A DNA stretch of 32,542 nt, taken from assembly GCF_001194135.2 (NCBI RefSeq), contig NC_068993.1, forward strand, positions 11,669 through 44,210. The letters run 5' to 3'. The notes under the pieces were generated by a model. It did not search any database. It worked only from the letters and a program-made list of their open reading frames with translations, and had not been told where the DNA came from. The position numbers were made by a program, and so were the translations under genes. Positions 11,230 to 22,652 of the stretch are shown one piece after another (within the stretch, counting starts at the first letter, position 1; each line of letters begins with the position of its first letter). This DNA comes from Octopus bimaculoides (lineage: Eukaryota).

Positions 11230-11407
11230 AATACACCTACAACTTAGTTCAACACAATTTCTGTGTCTACTATATTCCGCTCACAAAGTATTGGTTAGCC
11301 AAAAGTTATGGGGGAAAGCTTCAGCCTAAGATGCCACACAATGGGATAAAGCACCTTAACAATTCAGTTATGAAATGAACTTATAGTTATTATAGTACAG
11401 TTCATCA

Positions 11408-11462
11408 GTATTATCATCATCATCATCATTTAACATCCGCTTTTCATGATGGCATGGATTGG
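11408..11462 (-). mobile_element. Very short RTE/SINE 3' tail with (GAT)n
   Basis: catcatcatcatttaacatccgcttttcatgatggcatggattgg matches the shared tail. Confidence 0.75.
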
Positions 11463-12999
11463 ACCACAGTTGTAAATTATAATTATTTGTAATGTTTAGT
11501 TTCAGGTCAGCAGTGAGTGTGCAGACTCATGAGCTTCCCATCCTTTATTCAGTGTGTCTCAAACTGCATCATTTTGCTGTCGGAAAAGCAGCGAACCAGT
11601 GATTGGCTTATCATTGAGAACCTGTAACCAATGAGGTTATTGTTCAATTGCACTAAATTTCACTGATGTAGCATTTCCTGTTATAAAAAGAAAGGTACAT
11701 AGACCAATCTGCACCAGATTGGAACCAAGTTTATGAAAGCCATGGGTACAGCTACTTCCTTTGATATCAACATCCTTCAAAAGGCTCATCAAACCAAATT
11801 CTTCCTTTTTTTTTATGCAATTGCAATGTAGAAGTGTATTGTTTAAGTGCATAATTTATTGGATAACATTTGGGTGTATCAAAAGTTCAAATTTTTAATA
11901 GGTGCTTCATTGTGTTTATAGACTAAACACTATATTCTACATTACCCAAGTTCAGTAGAAATAAAATACCACAACACACATGAATGTTAACTGCAACATA
12001 CACTGATGTTCTATCAAGGAAAAGATCTGCCTCTCATCTCTCTTCTCTGTGGATGTAAGCATGGTTATGTGGTTAAGAAGTTCACTTCACAAACATGAAA
12101 TCCTGGGCTGAATCTGTGTGACAAAGATCTAAGCCCTGGTTAGATAGACATATCTAAAGAAATCCAGTCTATGGATTGCACCTGTAATTTATAGGTCCAG
12201 CCTTGTCATATATTATATCAAACTGATTTGGTCTAAGAATTACATTAAGTGTACATCTGTTTCTGGAATATTCAGTTACATGTTAATTAAGTAAGTCAGA
12301 TGTTTAGTTGATCAACCAACTGAATGATGATGATGGAAGCCAATAGAATGTCCATCATCTGCATAATGCCATAAAACAGGAGGTAAGAAATAGCAGCCAT
12401 TAATATCTAAAGCTATCTTGTTGCAGTCGACTAACCATCTAGACATAGCAGCCAAATCTCCTTAGTAATACACTCTCTCATTTCATAAAAGAAAGGACAT
12501 ATTAGATAATGTGGTTCTAGATATACAGAAGCAGTGGAGGGTCACAGCAGGGACACTTTTCATTAAGGGTCTGTATATGCCAAGGCTAAACAATATCATA
12601 TCTTGGCTTAGGAAGTATTTATCCTATATAACATATAGGGCTAGCCCAAAACACCCCTACACAACTCAGCTTATTACCTTACCACACTGCCCCCTTCTAT
12701 TTCTTACTAAACCCTATCATTAATCCTTTCCCTTTCCCTGTTGCCTCCCATACTCCCATCCCCAATACTGCATACTTTGTTACTCTGTTAATAACCACCA
12801 TGTTGCAACTATAAACCTCTTCCTCTCATTTAAATTTACCCTCCTTCATCAGCCCGACAAAATCATTGCACCTTCTATTCAATGTCCACTGCACCTACTT
12901 TAAAGTGGATACAAGATCAACTTTAAGCTAAGGCCTTACAGGTTGAAAGACATACTCACTAGTGCTGGTGCTGCCCCCCACCCCCACCCCCCAAAAAAA

Positions 13000-13169
13000 A
13001 CCCACCCAGTATACTCTGTAAAGTAGTTGACATTAGGAAGGGCATCCAGCGATAGAAACCATGCAAAAGTAGACATTGGAACATGATCCAGTCCTCCAAC
13101 ATGTCAAATTATATTGAAATATCAACTCATATCAGCTTGGAAGATGAATATTAAATGATGATGATGATA
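13000..13169 (+). mobile_element. Degenerate RTE/SINE 3' end with (GAT)n tail
   Basis: tagttgacattaggaagggcatccagcgatagaaaccatgc...ttaaatgatgatgatgat. Confidence 0.7.
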
Positions 13170-13447
13170 ATAACATACAGCTGTAATATTGTATTTAGGG
13201 TAATAGCAAATAACAAATTTGATTACTGTTGTCAGTAGCTTTGACAAACAAATAATCACGGCTATCTTTTCATGGTTGTGTAATAGGCAAGCTGAAAGGA
13301 ATCCAGTTTAGGATTCAAAAGTACACATTTGGGAAAACCATCACTCTTTTGCAAATGAAGAAAAATTTGTTTTAAATCAACATATTAGATGACAGAGAAG
13401 TAGATCAGACAAAATATGTGAAAATTAAAAAAAGTTCCAATACTTAC

Positions 13448-13555
13448 ATGTTTTAAAATAAAATCCATGCTATACAATTCAACAAATCCACCCCGATAAT
13501 TTATGATCAACAAATTATCTGTGACCAAACCATCCTCAAATTTAGGACCAAAAAT
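13448..13555 (-). CDS. DCAF17: DCAF17-like coding exon, 108 nt, phase 0/0: IFGPKFEDGLVTDNLLIINYRGGFVELYSMDFILKH
   Basis: ttttcatacttAG|attttt...aaacat|GTAAGT. Matches human IFGNVTDATLSHGILIVMYSSGLVRLYSF. Confidence 0.93.
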
Positions 13556-13959
13556 CTAAGTATGAAAATGATTAAAAAGGAATGGCATTATATAAATGTT
13601 TATAAAAATAGAGAAGAATGTGAATTAGCTAACAAAAATATAAAAAATACAAACCATTCATGGAATGATGGATAAAGGAGCTTTTGGTATGTGTGTGTGT
13701 GTGTGTGCATGCGTGCGCGCATATGTGATTAAAAATTTCACTTCTTAACTACATGTACACAATAATTTGAGTATGCTGATAATGAAATGAAACTACACCC
13801 TTATCTGTCTCGCTAAGGTAATCAGTGAGTAAGGCTCACTATTGGTTCTTTACTGATTCTGCTCTCCACACTCCCTCCTAGCCCAGTTTTCTTTTGTGAG
13901 AGTCTGCTGAATATCAACCTAACAGAGGGGCCAGCTATCCGAATTGACAGTACCTTGGT

Positions 13960-14600
13960 AGATAAAGCAATTAAGAGTAAGAATAGCCTGGGCAAAGTTC
14001 AGAGAGCTCCTACCTCTACTGGTGACAAAGGGTCGCTCGCTCAGAGTAAAAGGTAGACTGTATGACATGTGTGTACGAACAGCCATGCTACATGGCAGTG
14101 AAACATGGGCCGTGACTGCTGAGGACATGTGTAAGCTTGCAAGGAATGAAGCCAGTATGCTCCGATAGATGTGTAATCTCAGTGTGCATACTTGACAGAG
14201 TGTAAGTATCTTGAGAGAAAAGTCGGACCTAAGAAGCATCAGTTGTGGTGGGCAAGAGAGACGATTACACTGGTATGGTCATGTGGCGAGAATGGATGAG
14301 GATAGCTGTGTGAAAATGTGCCACACCCTAGCGGTTGAGGGAACCTGTGGAAGAGGTAGACCCAGGAAGACCTGGGATGAGGTGGTGAAGCACAACCTTC
14401 AAACATTAGGCCTCACCAAGGCAATGACTAGTGACCGAAAACTTTGGAAATATGCTGTGCATGAGAAGACCCGGCAAGCCAAGTGAGACCATATCCCGTG
14501 GCCTATGCCAGTGGTGTAACCAGCCCACTTCTACATACCTTTCCTTCATTGGACACTAAATTCTGCTTGTAAAGACCTGTTGAGGCAAGTGAAATTGAAA
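13960..14600 (+). mobile_element. RTE-type LINE RT C-terminus plus start of 3' UTR
   Basis: RVRIAWAKFRELLPLL; ORF 14211..14486 RRLHWYGHVARMDEDSCVK...GRGRPRKTWDEVVK...DRKLWK. Confidence 0.9.
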
Positions 14601-14699
14601 TCAAATTCAGTGAAATCAAACCCAATGTTTGCTAGACAGCTATTGCCTTTGTAACAATGTAGCATATGTTACATACATGCACTAGGAAATGACTGCATG

Positions 14700-14935
14700 T
14701 ATACTGGAGCTACCTCAAATAAATTAAAATGTTGATACTATAACTATACTTACAGCTTTAGGGATAGAAATAAAGCTAACTTTACATTTTTAGCTACTTT
14801 CCCCTGGATGCTTACCAATAAAGGAATCAAGTACAACATTACATGGTTCATCATATGCAAGGCACAACTGTACAGAGGTAAAAATGGGGCATGTAATTTG
14901 TACATGTCAGAAGCCTGTAAAATAATTAAATGCAA
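14700..14935 (+). mobile_element. Degenerate Penelope-like GIY-YIG endonuclease C-terminal fragment (second lineage)
   Basis: YTGATSNKLKC*YYNYTYSF...TFLATFPWMLTNKGIKYNITWFIICKAQLY...CNLYMSEACKII fits the PLE pattern YxGxT..FK.R..NH..SF...W.LK...W.I...A..Y...C.LC..EK. Confidence 0.7.
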
Positions 14936-16037
14936 ACTGAATATTATCAATCAAAGAAATGATGTAATAATAAATTGCCTACATTTGAATCACATGTCAT
15001 ATCTATACAATGCCAAAAATTAATGTAATAATTAAATCCATGTACTTGAGAAACATTCCTATAACTGGCAATTCATTATGATTATACTATTTTTTTGGTT
15101 AATTAACTAATTTTTAATCTTCTACCACTATACCATTACTTTGAATTTAATGTTTTGTACTATATTGTACGTGTGTGTTTGCATACATGTGTGAAATGGT
15201 TGTGCCTGCACGTGTGTCTATGTTAGGGCAAATATGGGTATGTATAAATGTATATAATATGCTAATATGCACATATGAATGTGTATGCTAATGAACAGGT
15301 GATTATTCGCAAATGTGTGGAGTTGATACCATATCAATGTTCTTGAAAATACACTGCCATCCCTCAAAACCAGCAGAGTGTGAAGTTCCAACAACTCATG
15401 CACCCACTTTCTGTCTCTGGTCTTTCTTTTAAACCTTAATTATCTTCGCTCGTTATATTTCTCACTTCTTTCTCACTATATATCTTTCCATTTTTAATTT
15501 CATTTTATTTATTTATTCAGTTATTCTATTATTCACCTAACTTAATACTAGACTGGTCAACCTATCTCTCTTTGGAAATTAGTTTTATCTTTCTTCCATG
15601 CCATCTTTAGTTGATAGACTTATAGTGTTCTGATTACTTAGGTTTTTTTTTTTTCAATTATTTTTTTTTCTACTTTATTGCTGCTTCTTCTGAATTTGAA
15701 TTGTTCTATGGCCATTGGTCCCTTAAAGTAACTGGCATAACTGGTAACATGCTGAGTACATCTTTTGCCTCTGGATATATAGAGTCAGTTTACTCTGTAA
15801 TAGAATTGATGTTTTCAACCACCATGTATCATGTCTGAGGATTAGTCTGCTGGATCCCATATCAGCACTCTTCTATAAGTGGGTACATACATGCATATAT
15901 ATTTACTTATATATGTCAGTATATGTCTATTTTATATGCATGTTAGTATTGATGTAACATCTGTTATATAACTAAAAAGATTATGAAACAGCTATAAATA
16001 AATTGAATACACATTACTCTCTGTTCTATTAACAAGT

Positions 16038-16080
<43 letters not shown>

Positions 16081-16194
16081 GGTACTCAGAAACCTGGATG
16101 TTTGTACATTTACAGATTTTTATTAATGTCACATATTAAATGAAGCGCTTTTCACCTAGTCGTGTAGGTTTTTCAAATAAATATATATGTATAA

Positions 16195-16490
16195 ATAATA
16201 CAGAATGGGACAAGAATGCAAAATATCCAGACAGTAGGTGATACAAGAATGGGACAAAACATCCAGATAGACGATACAAAGAAAACACGGACAGGTCTTT
16301 CGGAGTTTTCTTTCCTCAGTCGAGATCCAGATTATTCTTGCAATTCCGGCTGGTTATTCTCAATATTGCTCCAATCTGGCCAGCCCCAAGGAGAAACTAA
16401 GCTAAGAACATTAGATTCCTTGGAAGAAAGCAACAAATGTATACAAAAACAAGGACAGAAACAAACGAACAATGTTACACAAATACAATA
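16195..16490. repeat. Unclassified interspersed-repeat-like segment with internal direct repeats
   Basis: Duplicated motifs agaatgggacaa and atccaga.ag..gataca at 16202-16280. Composition differs from flanks. Family not assignable from the window. Confidence 0.45.
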
Positions 16491-16938
16491 AAAATAATAA
16501 AACAGGACACAACAACAGCGGCACCGGCAATGACCTCTCTCGAATGTTTCTCACGTGCCAGGAAGGCGATGTTGGCAACGATCACACTCAAATGGTGCTA
16601 GCCATTACATTCCAGTAGAGTTACTATTTGCATCTCGTATAGAGATTTTAGAACTAGCTACTTTGCTTGCTGCAAGATCAGTGGCTGTGTGTTACTTTGT
16701 TTATATATTGCGAACTTGGACGAACGACTGCCATGTCTAGCAGACAGGTATAATCAGTACCGAGGAAGGATAATACCCAGAAACCAGCTGGTCTGTTGGT
16801 TCCTGCCAACACTGGATGGGAATTGTTTGCTCCCTTTGTGCTGTTACCCAGCTGGAGGAGATGTCATCCTTGGGTTAAAAAGAGTAGTAACAGTGTTCTG
16901 GAGAGAATAACTACGTTGAGGTGGTAACAACCATTACT

Positions 16939-17316
16939 GTGTGTGTGTGTGTGTGTNNNNNNNNNNNNNNNNNNNNNNNNNNNNNNNNNNNNNNNNNNNN
17001 NNNNNNNNNNNNNNNNNNNNNNNNNNNNNNNNNNNNNNNNNNNNNNNNNNNNNNNNNNNNNNNNNNNNNNNNNNNNNNNNNNNNNNNNNNNNNNNNNNNN
17101 NNNNNNNNNNNNNNNNNNNNNNNNNNNNNNNNNNNNNNNNNNNNNNNNNNNNNNNNNNNNNNNNNNNNNNNNNNNNNNNNNNNNNNNNNNNNNNNNNNNN
17201 NNNNNNNNNNNNNNNNNNNNNNNNNNNNNNNNNNNNNNNNNNNNNNNNNNNNNNNNNNNNNNNNNNNNNNNNNNNNNNNNNNNNNNNNNNNNNNNNNNNN
17301 NNNNNNNNNNNNNNNN

Positions 17317-17382
<66 letters not shown>
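16939..17382. other. Assembly gap (N 16957-17316) bordered by (GT)n and (AT)n(AC)n
   Basis: Direct reading. All ORFs crossing it are artefacts. Confidence 0.98.
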
Positions 17383-17383
<1 letters not shown>

Positions 17384-18791
17384 TACACACCAATTTTTTT
17401 CATATGTATTTATGCTGATGTATATGTCTATATGTATGTCTATCTATAGATATATATAAATCTGTGTTTATCTGCATGCTTGCTCCATATCTCTATACCC
17501 ATAGGTCATTATCGGAAACATGTCTTTTGCTTTTGGCCTGTTGATTGTTAACCTGGCTAGAAGCCTTTCGTTCATCAGTTTTATGACCTTCTCAATTGCC
17601 TGCATTCTTTCTCTCCTTCTCTTGATTATGGATTCTGTAACCATCTCTCTTCACTTCCAACATACATATTTAATACATGTTTCATGTGTATGAATAGCTG
17701 TCTACATAGTTCATCATATACCTATTTCTATACACTTTTCTGCACCAAAATTTATCTGAACCTACTTTTTTCTTAGAAGTGCTGTTATGCTGTAATCTCT
17801 ATACTTCTTTTCCCACATATATTTGTAGTTTTTGGATGGTAATGTTTTCCATATATAAATGCTTTCCCAAATAAAACTGCACTTCAGTTTTGAAGCTCCA
17901 GTGAAGCTAGAGGGTAATACATAACCACTCAATTATGAGTGCATTGCATCTTATAGCAGAAACAGCTGTAAGCTAATGAAGTTGCTGACATAATTTCGTG
18001 TTCTTTTGCCATTTATTTAATGTTTTATTATGCTCCGAGTACAGAGCAACTAGCACTTCTTTCTGAAGCATAACTATATTGATTTCTAACACCAGGTTAT
18101 TAGTATAATAATCTGGTGAAATAAATAAATAAATGCATTTATTTATTTTTACTTAGGCATTGTGATGATACTAACAACCTGGTGTTACAACTCAATACAC
18201 TCCTGCTTCAGAAAGAAGTGTATATGCAGGCATGCATACAGATATGTATGTATGTTCTGCAGGTCTCTGAAAACGGCCAAATACCAAATTAGCAGTTTTA
18301 TATATGCTTTGTGGTTCTTAGAGTGGCTTACTAAACCAATACTGTCATAAAATCCATGGTTACAGTGGGAACATGTAACAGTAGAATCAGGGTCTACTGG
18401 GACTATTGCTTTCTGTGCAGCCCTTTTCTATTTAGTTTCTGAATTTCAAAAATAATTAGTGGGACTAAGGCTGAAACATCACCAGCCATCAGATAAAAAG
18501 AGAACATTTGGAACAGTACAATGTTTATTTGATGAATTATCAAATTATTCTCACAGCATCATTTCTAAACATTTATAATCCAATGTACTGTGTTCCAAAC
18601 ACTTACTAGTGTCTGAGGACTGGTTATGTGAAACTCTGAGTTTGTGAAGTTTTTCAGCTACATTAAAATAGATTTTACTTCATTTTACTTTTGATATTCA
18701 AGAACTGTTTTCTGTACCTTCTTCTACACCTATGTGCTTACATGTGTGTACACACAAATATATATCAAGATAATGGTGATATTCAACATAC

Positions 18792-18881
18792 CTTGGAGTC
18801 TAAGGTGAACATGCCAATAAATTTGAGTGGGGCAACACTGAACAGGGCAATGGCTTTACAAAGTGTTCTGTTTTGGTCAGG
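18792..18881 (-). CDS. DCAF17: DCAF17-like coding exon, 90 nt, phase 0/0: PDQNRTLCKAIALFSVAPLKFIGMFTLDSK
   Basis: ctgttttctgttgtAG|cctgac...tccaag|GTATGT. 30 codons, matches human LAVFRVLPFSLVGILEINKK. Confidence 0.9.
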
Positions 18882-18907
18882 CTACAACAGAAAACAGCAT
18901 AAAAATA

Positions 18908-18946
18908 GGTGGTGGTGGTGGTGGTGGTGGTTGTAGTAGTAGTAGT
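18908..18946. repeat. (GGT)n(AGT)n microsatellite next to a DCAF17 acceptor pyrimidine tract
   Basis: Direct reading. Confidence 0.95.
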
Positions 18947-19519
18947 ATAATGATTTCTAAGATTGGCATTTAAGGGGAAGGCATAGGCAGCCATGCCTGT
19001 AGAGATTATCCCAAACAAGCTAGCTCAAGGCCTTTTGGAGATTTTCCATCATTTTCCAATCTGAAAGTTCTCCAGAAGGGAAGGGACTACGATGACTATC
19101 TTCATCCTTGCCCCTTCTCAATATGTCATTGTACAATGTTCCTGATGTGATTACCTCCCTCTCTCATTCTTATCACTCTCACACTCACCTTGACGCATAA
19201 TATGCTTAAGAGATGTAATGAAATTGCATGTACCTTCCACCTTTCGGTATCAGCTGCCTTCACCATTCATCCATCTCTTGCCAACATGGAAAGTGGATGT
19301 AAAATTAAAATTACATACATGTGTATGTATGTATATCATGTCTATGTTTATAATGTATTCTTTTATGTCCCATAAATTAGTTGTTCAACAAAAGAAACTC
19401 AAAAAGAATTTGACCAAAAAAGATCTTACCAGGTATTGCCCCACTATGGCTGCACCTAATGACTTAAAAGAAAGTGGAAGAGTAATAACCATCATAATTA
19501 TCTAAATATCAATACATAC

Positions 19520-19589
19520 CTGTGAAAATGTAGTAATAGTGGTTGATGATATTGCTATAGAATACTGGGGATCATCCCATTCAATTGTT
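19520..19589 (-). CDS. DCAF17: DCAF17-like coding exon, 70 nt, phase 2/0: TIEWDDPQYSIAISSTTITTFSQ
   Basis: ttatttttccAG|aacaat...tcacag|GTATGT. Matches human YLSWDTPQEVIAVKS. Confidence 0.9.
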
Positions 19590-20264
19590 CTGGAAAAATA
19601 ACATTTAGGAATGAATAAATCTATTATTGACAAGGCATACAAACATACTCTTATGATAATGGAGGAAGAGACAAACATTGGTGTACAACCATGTAAATTT
19701 TACTCCAGCAACCTTCCTATGCAGTCTAAAAGGAATAGCAAAATCTTCCTGATTTCATTGTTTCATCACAGCTATCATTCTTTCTTAACCAAATCTAATA
19801 ACTAATTTATTGTTTATACTCACTTCCTGCTTCCATCTTTAAACTTATTTGCTACTTTCCATACACACTCACACATACCTGTATGTATGTGTGTGTGTTT
19901 ATATACGTATGCTCCACAATATACATTAATGGATCAAAGAGATGCAGGCCTTTTCTGGTCAAAGATCACTACTGACCAACTGAATTTCTGAAGATCTGAA
20001 AATTTCATTAGATACAAGAATCTGGACAATTTTTTATTGCTGAACAGGAAAACATTATACATCTTTTAAGATGTCAATATATATTTTTATAAATCTATAT
20101 TGTTATACATCAATATTTTTATACTTAAATATAGTTTTTCTACCTATATATATTATATTTTAATATATTTATGTATCCATACATCTTTAATATGTTGATA
20201 TTTTAATGATTGATACATTAAAAATATTTTAATAATCTGCATACATTGGTTTACGGCTGAGTAT

Positions 20265-20625
20265 ATCATCATCATCATCATCGTCGTTTAACGTCCGCTT
20301 TCCATGCTAGCATGGGTTGGACGATTTGACTGAGGACTGGTGAAACCAGATGGCTACACCAGGCTCCAATCTGATTTGGCAGAGTTTCTACAGCTGGATG
20401 CCCTTCCTAATGCCAACCACTCAGAGTGTAGTGGGTGCTTTTACGTGCCACCAGCACGAAGGCCAGTCAAGCGGTACAGGCAACGGCCACGCTCAAAATG
20501 GTATATTTTATGTGCCACCCGCACAAGAGCCAGTCCAAGGGCACTGACAACGATCTCGCTCAAAAGTCCTTACACATGCCGCGGGCACAAGTGCCAGAAA
20601 GGCGACGCTAGGCACAGGTACCAAA
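20265..20625 (-). mobile_element. RTE 3' UTR / SINE-like copy with three ~65-bp repeat units and (GAT)n tail
   Basis: catcatcatcatcgtcgtttaacgtccgctttccatgctagcatggg...ttacgtgccacc repeats. Confidence 0.85.
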
Positions 20626-20722
20626 TTGTCGAACCTACTTGAATTCGCTTTTTAAATATAATACATATATCTAACATCTTGGGTTCTCTACCTGAGCACT
20701 TCACCATGCTGCCTATATAATA

Positions 20723-20753
<31 letters not shown>

Positions 20754-20859
20754 CTTTGCCTCATGAAGTGGATGTAAGAAAGAAAAAAATGTTCAGAAGG
20801 AAAAAATGTTCAGCAACTCTTGTTTTCCAACCTGGTACACATCTAATCCTCATTTTATA

Positions 20860-21497
20860 GAGAAAAGTTGGACTTAAGAAGCATTAGATGTGGTGTGCAA
20901 GAGAGACAACTGTGCTGGTGTGATCATGTGATGCATCTGAATGAGGACAACAGTGCAAAGAAGTGTCACACTCTAACAGTGGAGGGAACCTGTGGAAGAG
21001 GTAGACCCAGGAAGACGTGGGACAAGTTGGTGAAGCATGACCTTTGAAAATTGGGCCTCACAGAAGCAATGACAAGCAGCTGAGACCTTTGGAGATATGC
21101 TGTGCTTGAGAAGACCCGGCAAGCCAAGTGAGATTGTAGCAGTTGAGACTGTAGCCAAGCAAGATCGTAACTCTTGAGAAGACCTGTTGAGGCAAATGAA
21201 ATCATAGTTATGGCCGATACCAGTGCTGCTTGATTGGCTCCCATGCTGGTGGCACGTAATAAGCACCATTCAAGTGTGGTCGATGCCAGTGCTGCCTGAC
21301 TGGCCTCTGTGCTAATGGCACATAAAAGGCACCCACTATACTCTTAGAGTGGTTGGCATTAAGAAGGGCATCCAACTGCAGAATCCTTGCCAGATCAGGT
21401 TGGAGCCTGGTGCAGCCTCCTGGCTTGCCAGCCCTCAGTCAAACCGTCCAACCCATGCCAGCATGGAAAGCAGACGTTAAATAATGATGATGATGAT
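20860..21497 (+). mobile_element. RTE-type LINE 3' end (RT C-terminus, 3' UTR, tail)
   Basis: gtggagggaacctgtggaagaggtagacccaggaagac is near-identical to 14330-14370. Ends ccatgccagcatggaaagcagacgttaaataatgatgatgatg. Confidence 0.88.
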
Positions 21498-21829
21498 TAC
21501 ATCATTGTAAAGAAGCTGTTTTTGTCAGATGAATTCATGGACTTCAAAGTAAAGGACATTCAAAATGATTTAACAGTTTAAAGTCCATGGAGCCAGATTT
21601 ACCAGAATGGTATATATTTGATCAGAACAGAGAAATTTAGAGGTTAGTAGAGTTTTTAGGAGGGGGGGAGGAATAATTGACTCCAGTGACCCAATTATCT
21701 CTACTTCTAACAAGAGACAAGGGTGTGGATCCATTAGTCTTGGGTTTATCTATTAAGTTGTCTACTGGTCAGTGGTAAGAAAATGATCTGTGGTCAGATC
21801 AGCTTAATTGGCAGATACTGGTGTAACAC

Positions 21830-22027
21830 AAATGGCACCCGTGCTGGTGGCACGTAAAAGCACCCGCTACACTCTCAGAGTGGCTGACGATAGGAAGGGC
21901 ATCCAGCCGTAGAAACCATGCCAAATCAGACTGGAGTCTGGTGGAACCTTCCAGCTTGCCAGCCCCTGGTCACACCATCCCACCCATGCCAGCATGGAAA
22001 GCGGATATTAAAACAATGATGATGATG
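21830..22027 (+). mobile_element. Short RTE/SINE 3' end with (GAT)n tail
   Basis: tggcacgtaaaagcacc...aggaagggcatccagccgtagaaacc...ccatgccagcatggaaagcgg...gatgatgatg. Confidence 0.85.
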
Positions 22028-22515
22028 CATGCATACATACATATATACATACATTACATACATACATACATGTATATATATACTTCTCTTTGAGACTGCT
22101 CTCTATAATCACTTTGTTGTTGTTCTTTAGCCCTTGTTCAGTCTGTTTGAACAAATTTTTGATTAAAGGCGTCGCAGCTATGGTGATCATGTCTTCTCTT
22201 GGGCATTGCATATCTTATCAGTTACATTAATCAATATTTCCTTCTGTTAGGAAGGTAATAGAGTGAATGCAATTGGAAACTGAGTGGAAGTCAATCAAGA
22301 CTATTCTTGTTCTTGAATGACAGTCCTTGATACCTTTAGTGGAGTTCACTATGTTGCCTGCATTCAAACCAAGTCTCTACGCTGAGGATAAGTGCTTCTC
22401 TTTCTTCTCCAAATCTCAGAGGTCCTAAAGACAAAATCATTTGAAAAAAAAAAAAAAATAGACTGTGGCAACCACAATGTCCTGAAGGAAATATAAGAAA
22501 AATATGAAAACTCAC

Positions 22516-22652
22516 CTGAAATGAAGTTTCCCTGATAAAAATACTTTATTAAACATCCTTCCTGTCTCAGCACATACACGAACTAGTGTGTTTTTGTTGG
22601 ATATTCCAATAATTGAAGGTTTGTAGCACATATTGGTATTAGGGTTGATTTC
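22516..22652 (-). CDS. DCAF17: DCAF17-like coding exon, 137 nt, phase 0/2: EINPNTNMCYKPSIIGISNKNTLVRVCAETGRMFNKVFLSGKLHF(R)
   Basis: ttcttttacttcAG|gaaatc...tttcag|GTGAGT. Matches recalled human YKSSLIALTAHNWLLRISATTGKILEKIYLAPYCKFR. Confidence 0.92.

Noticed and set aside
11637-11852. 71-aa minus-strand ORF
   Set aside because: No usable splice sites, no recognisable homology, and the DCAF17 frame is already complete without it.
16285-16325. Possible hammerhead core on the minus strand (ctgagga...ccgaaa...gtc)
   Set aside because: Stem II closing pair is A-C and stem I does not pair across the putative cleavage site, so it cannot be supported as a ribozyme.
16864-17459. Long ORFs in the ORF track (also 31502-31955)
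   Set aside because: Artefacts of N-gaps and dinucleotide repeats.
19430-19501. 72-nt AG...GTAAGA-bounded open segment (IIMMVITLPLSFKSLGAAIVGQYL) next to the 70-nt exon
   Set aside because: It needs an 18-nt intron, which is too short, and read-through from the 70-nt exon hits TAG. The 90-nt exon at 18792-18881 already supplies the homologous sequence.
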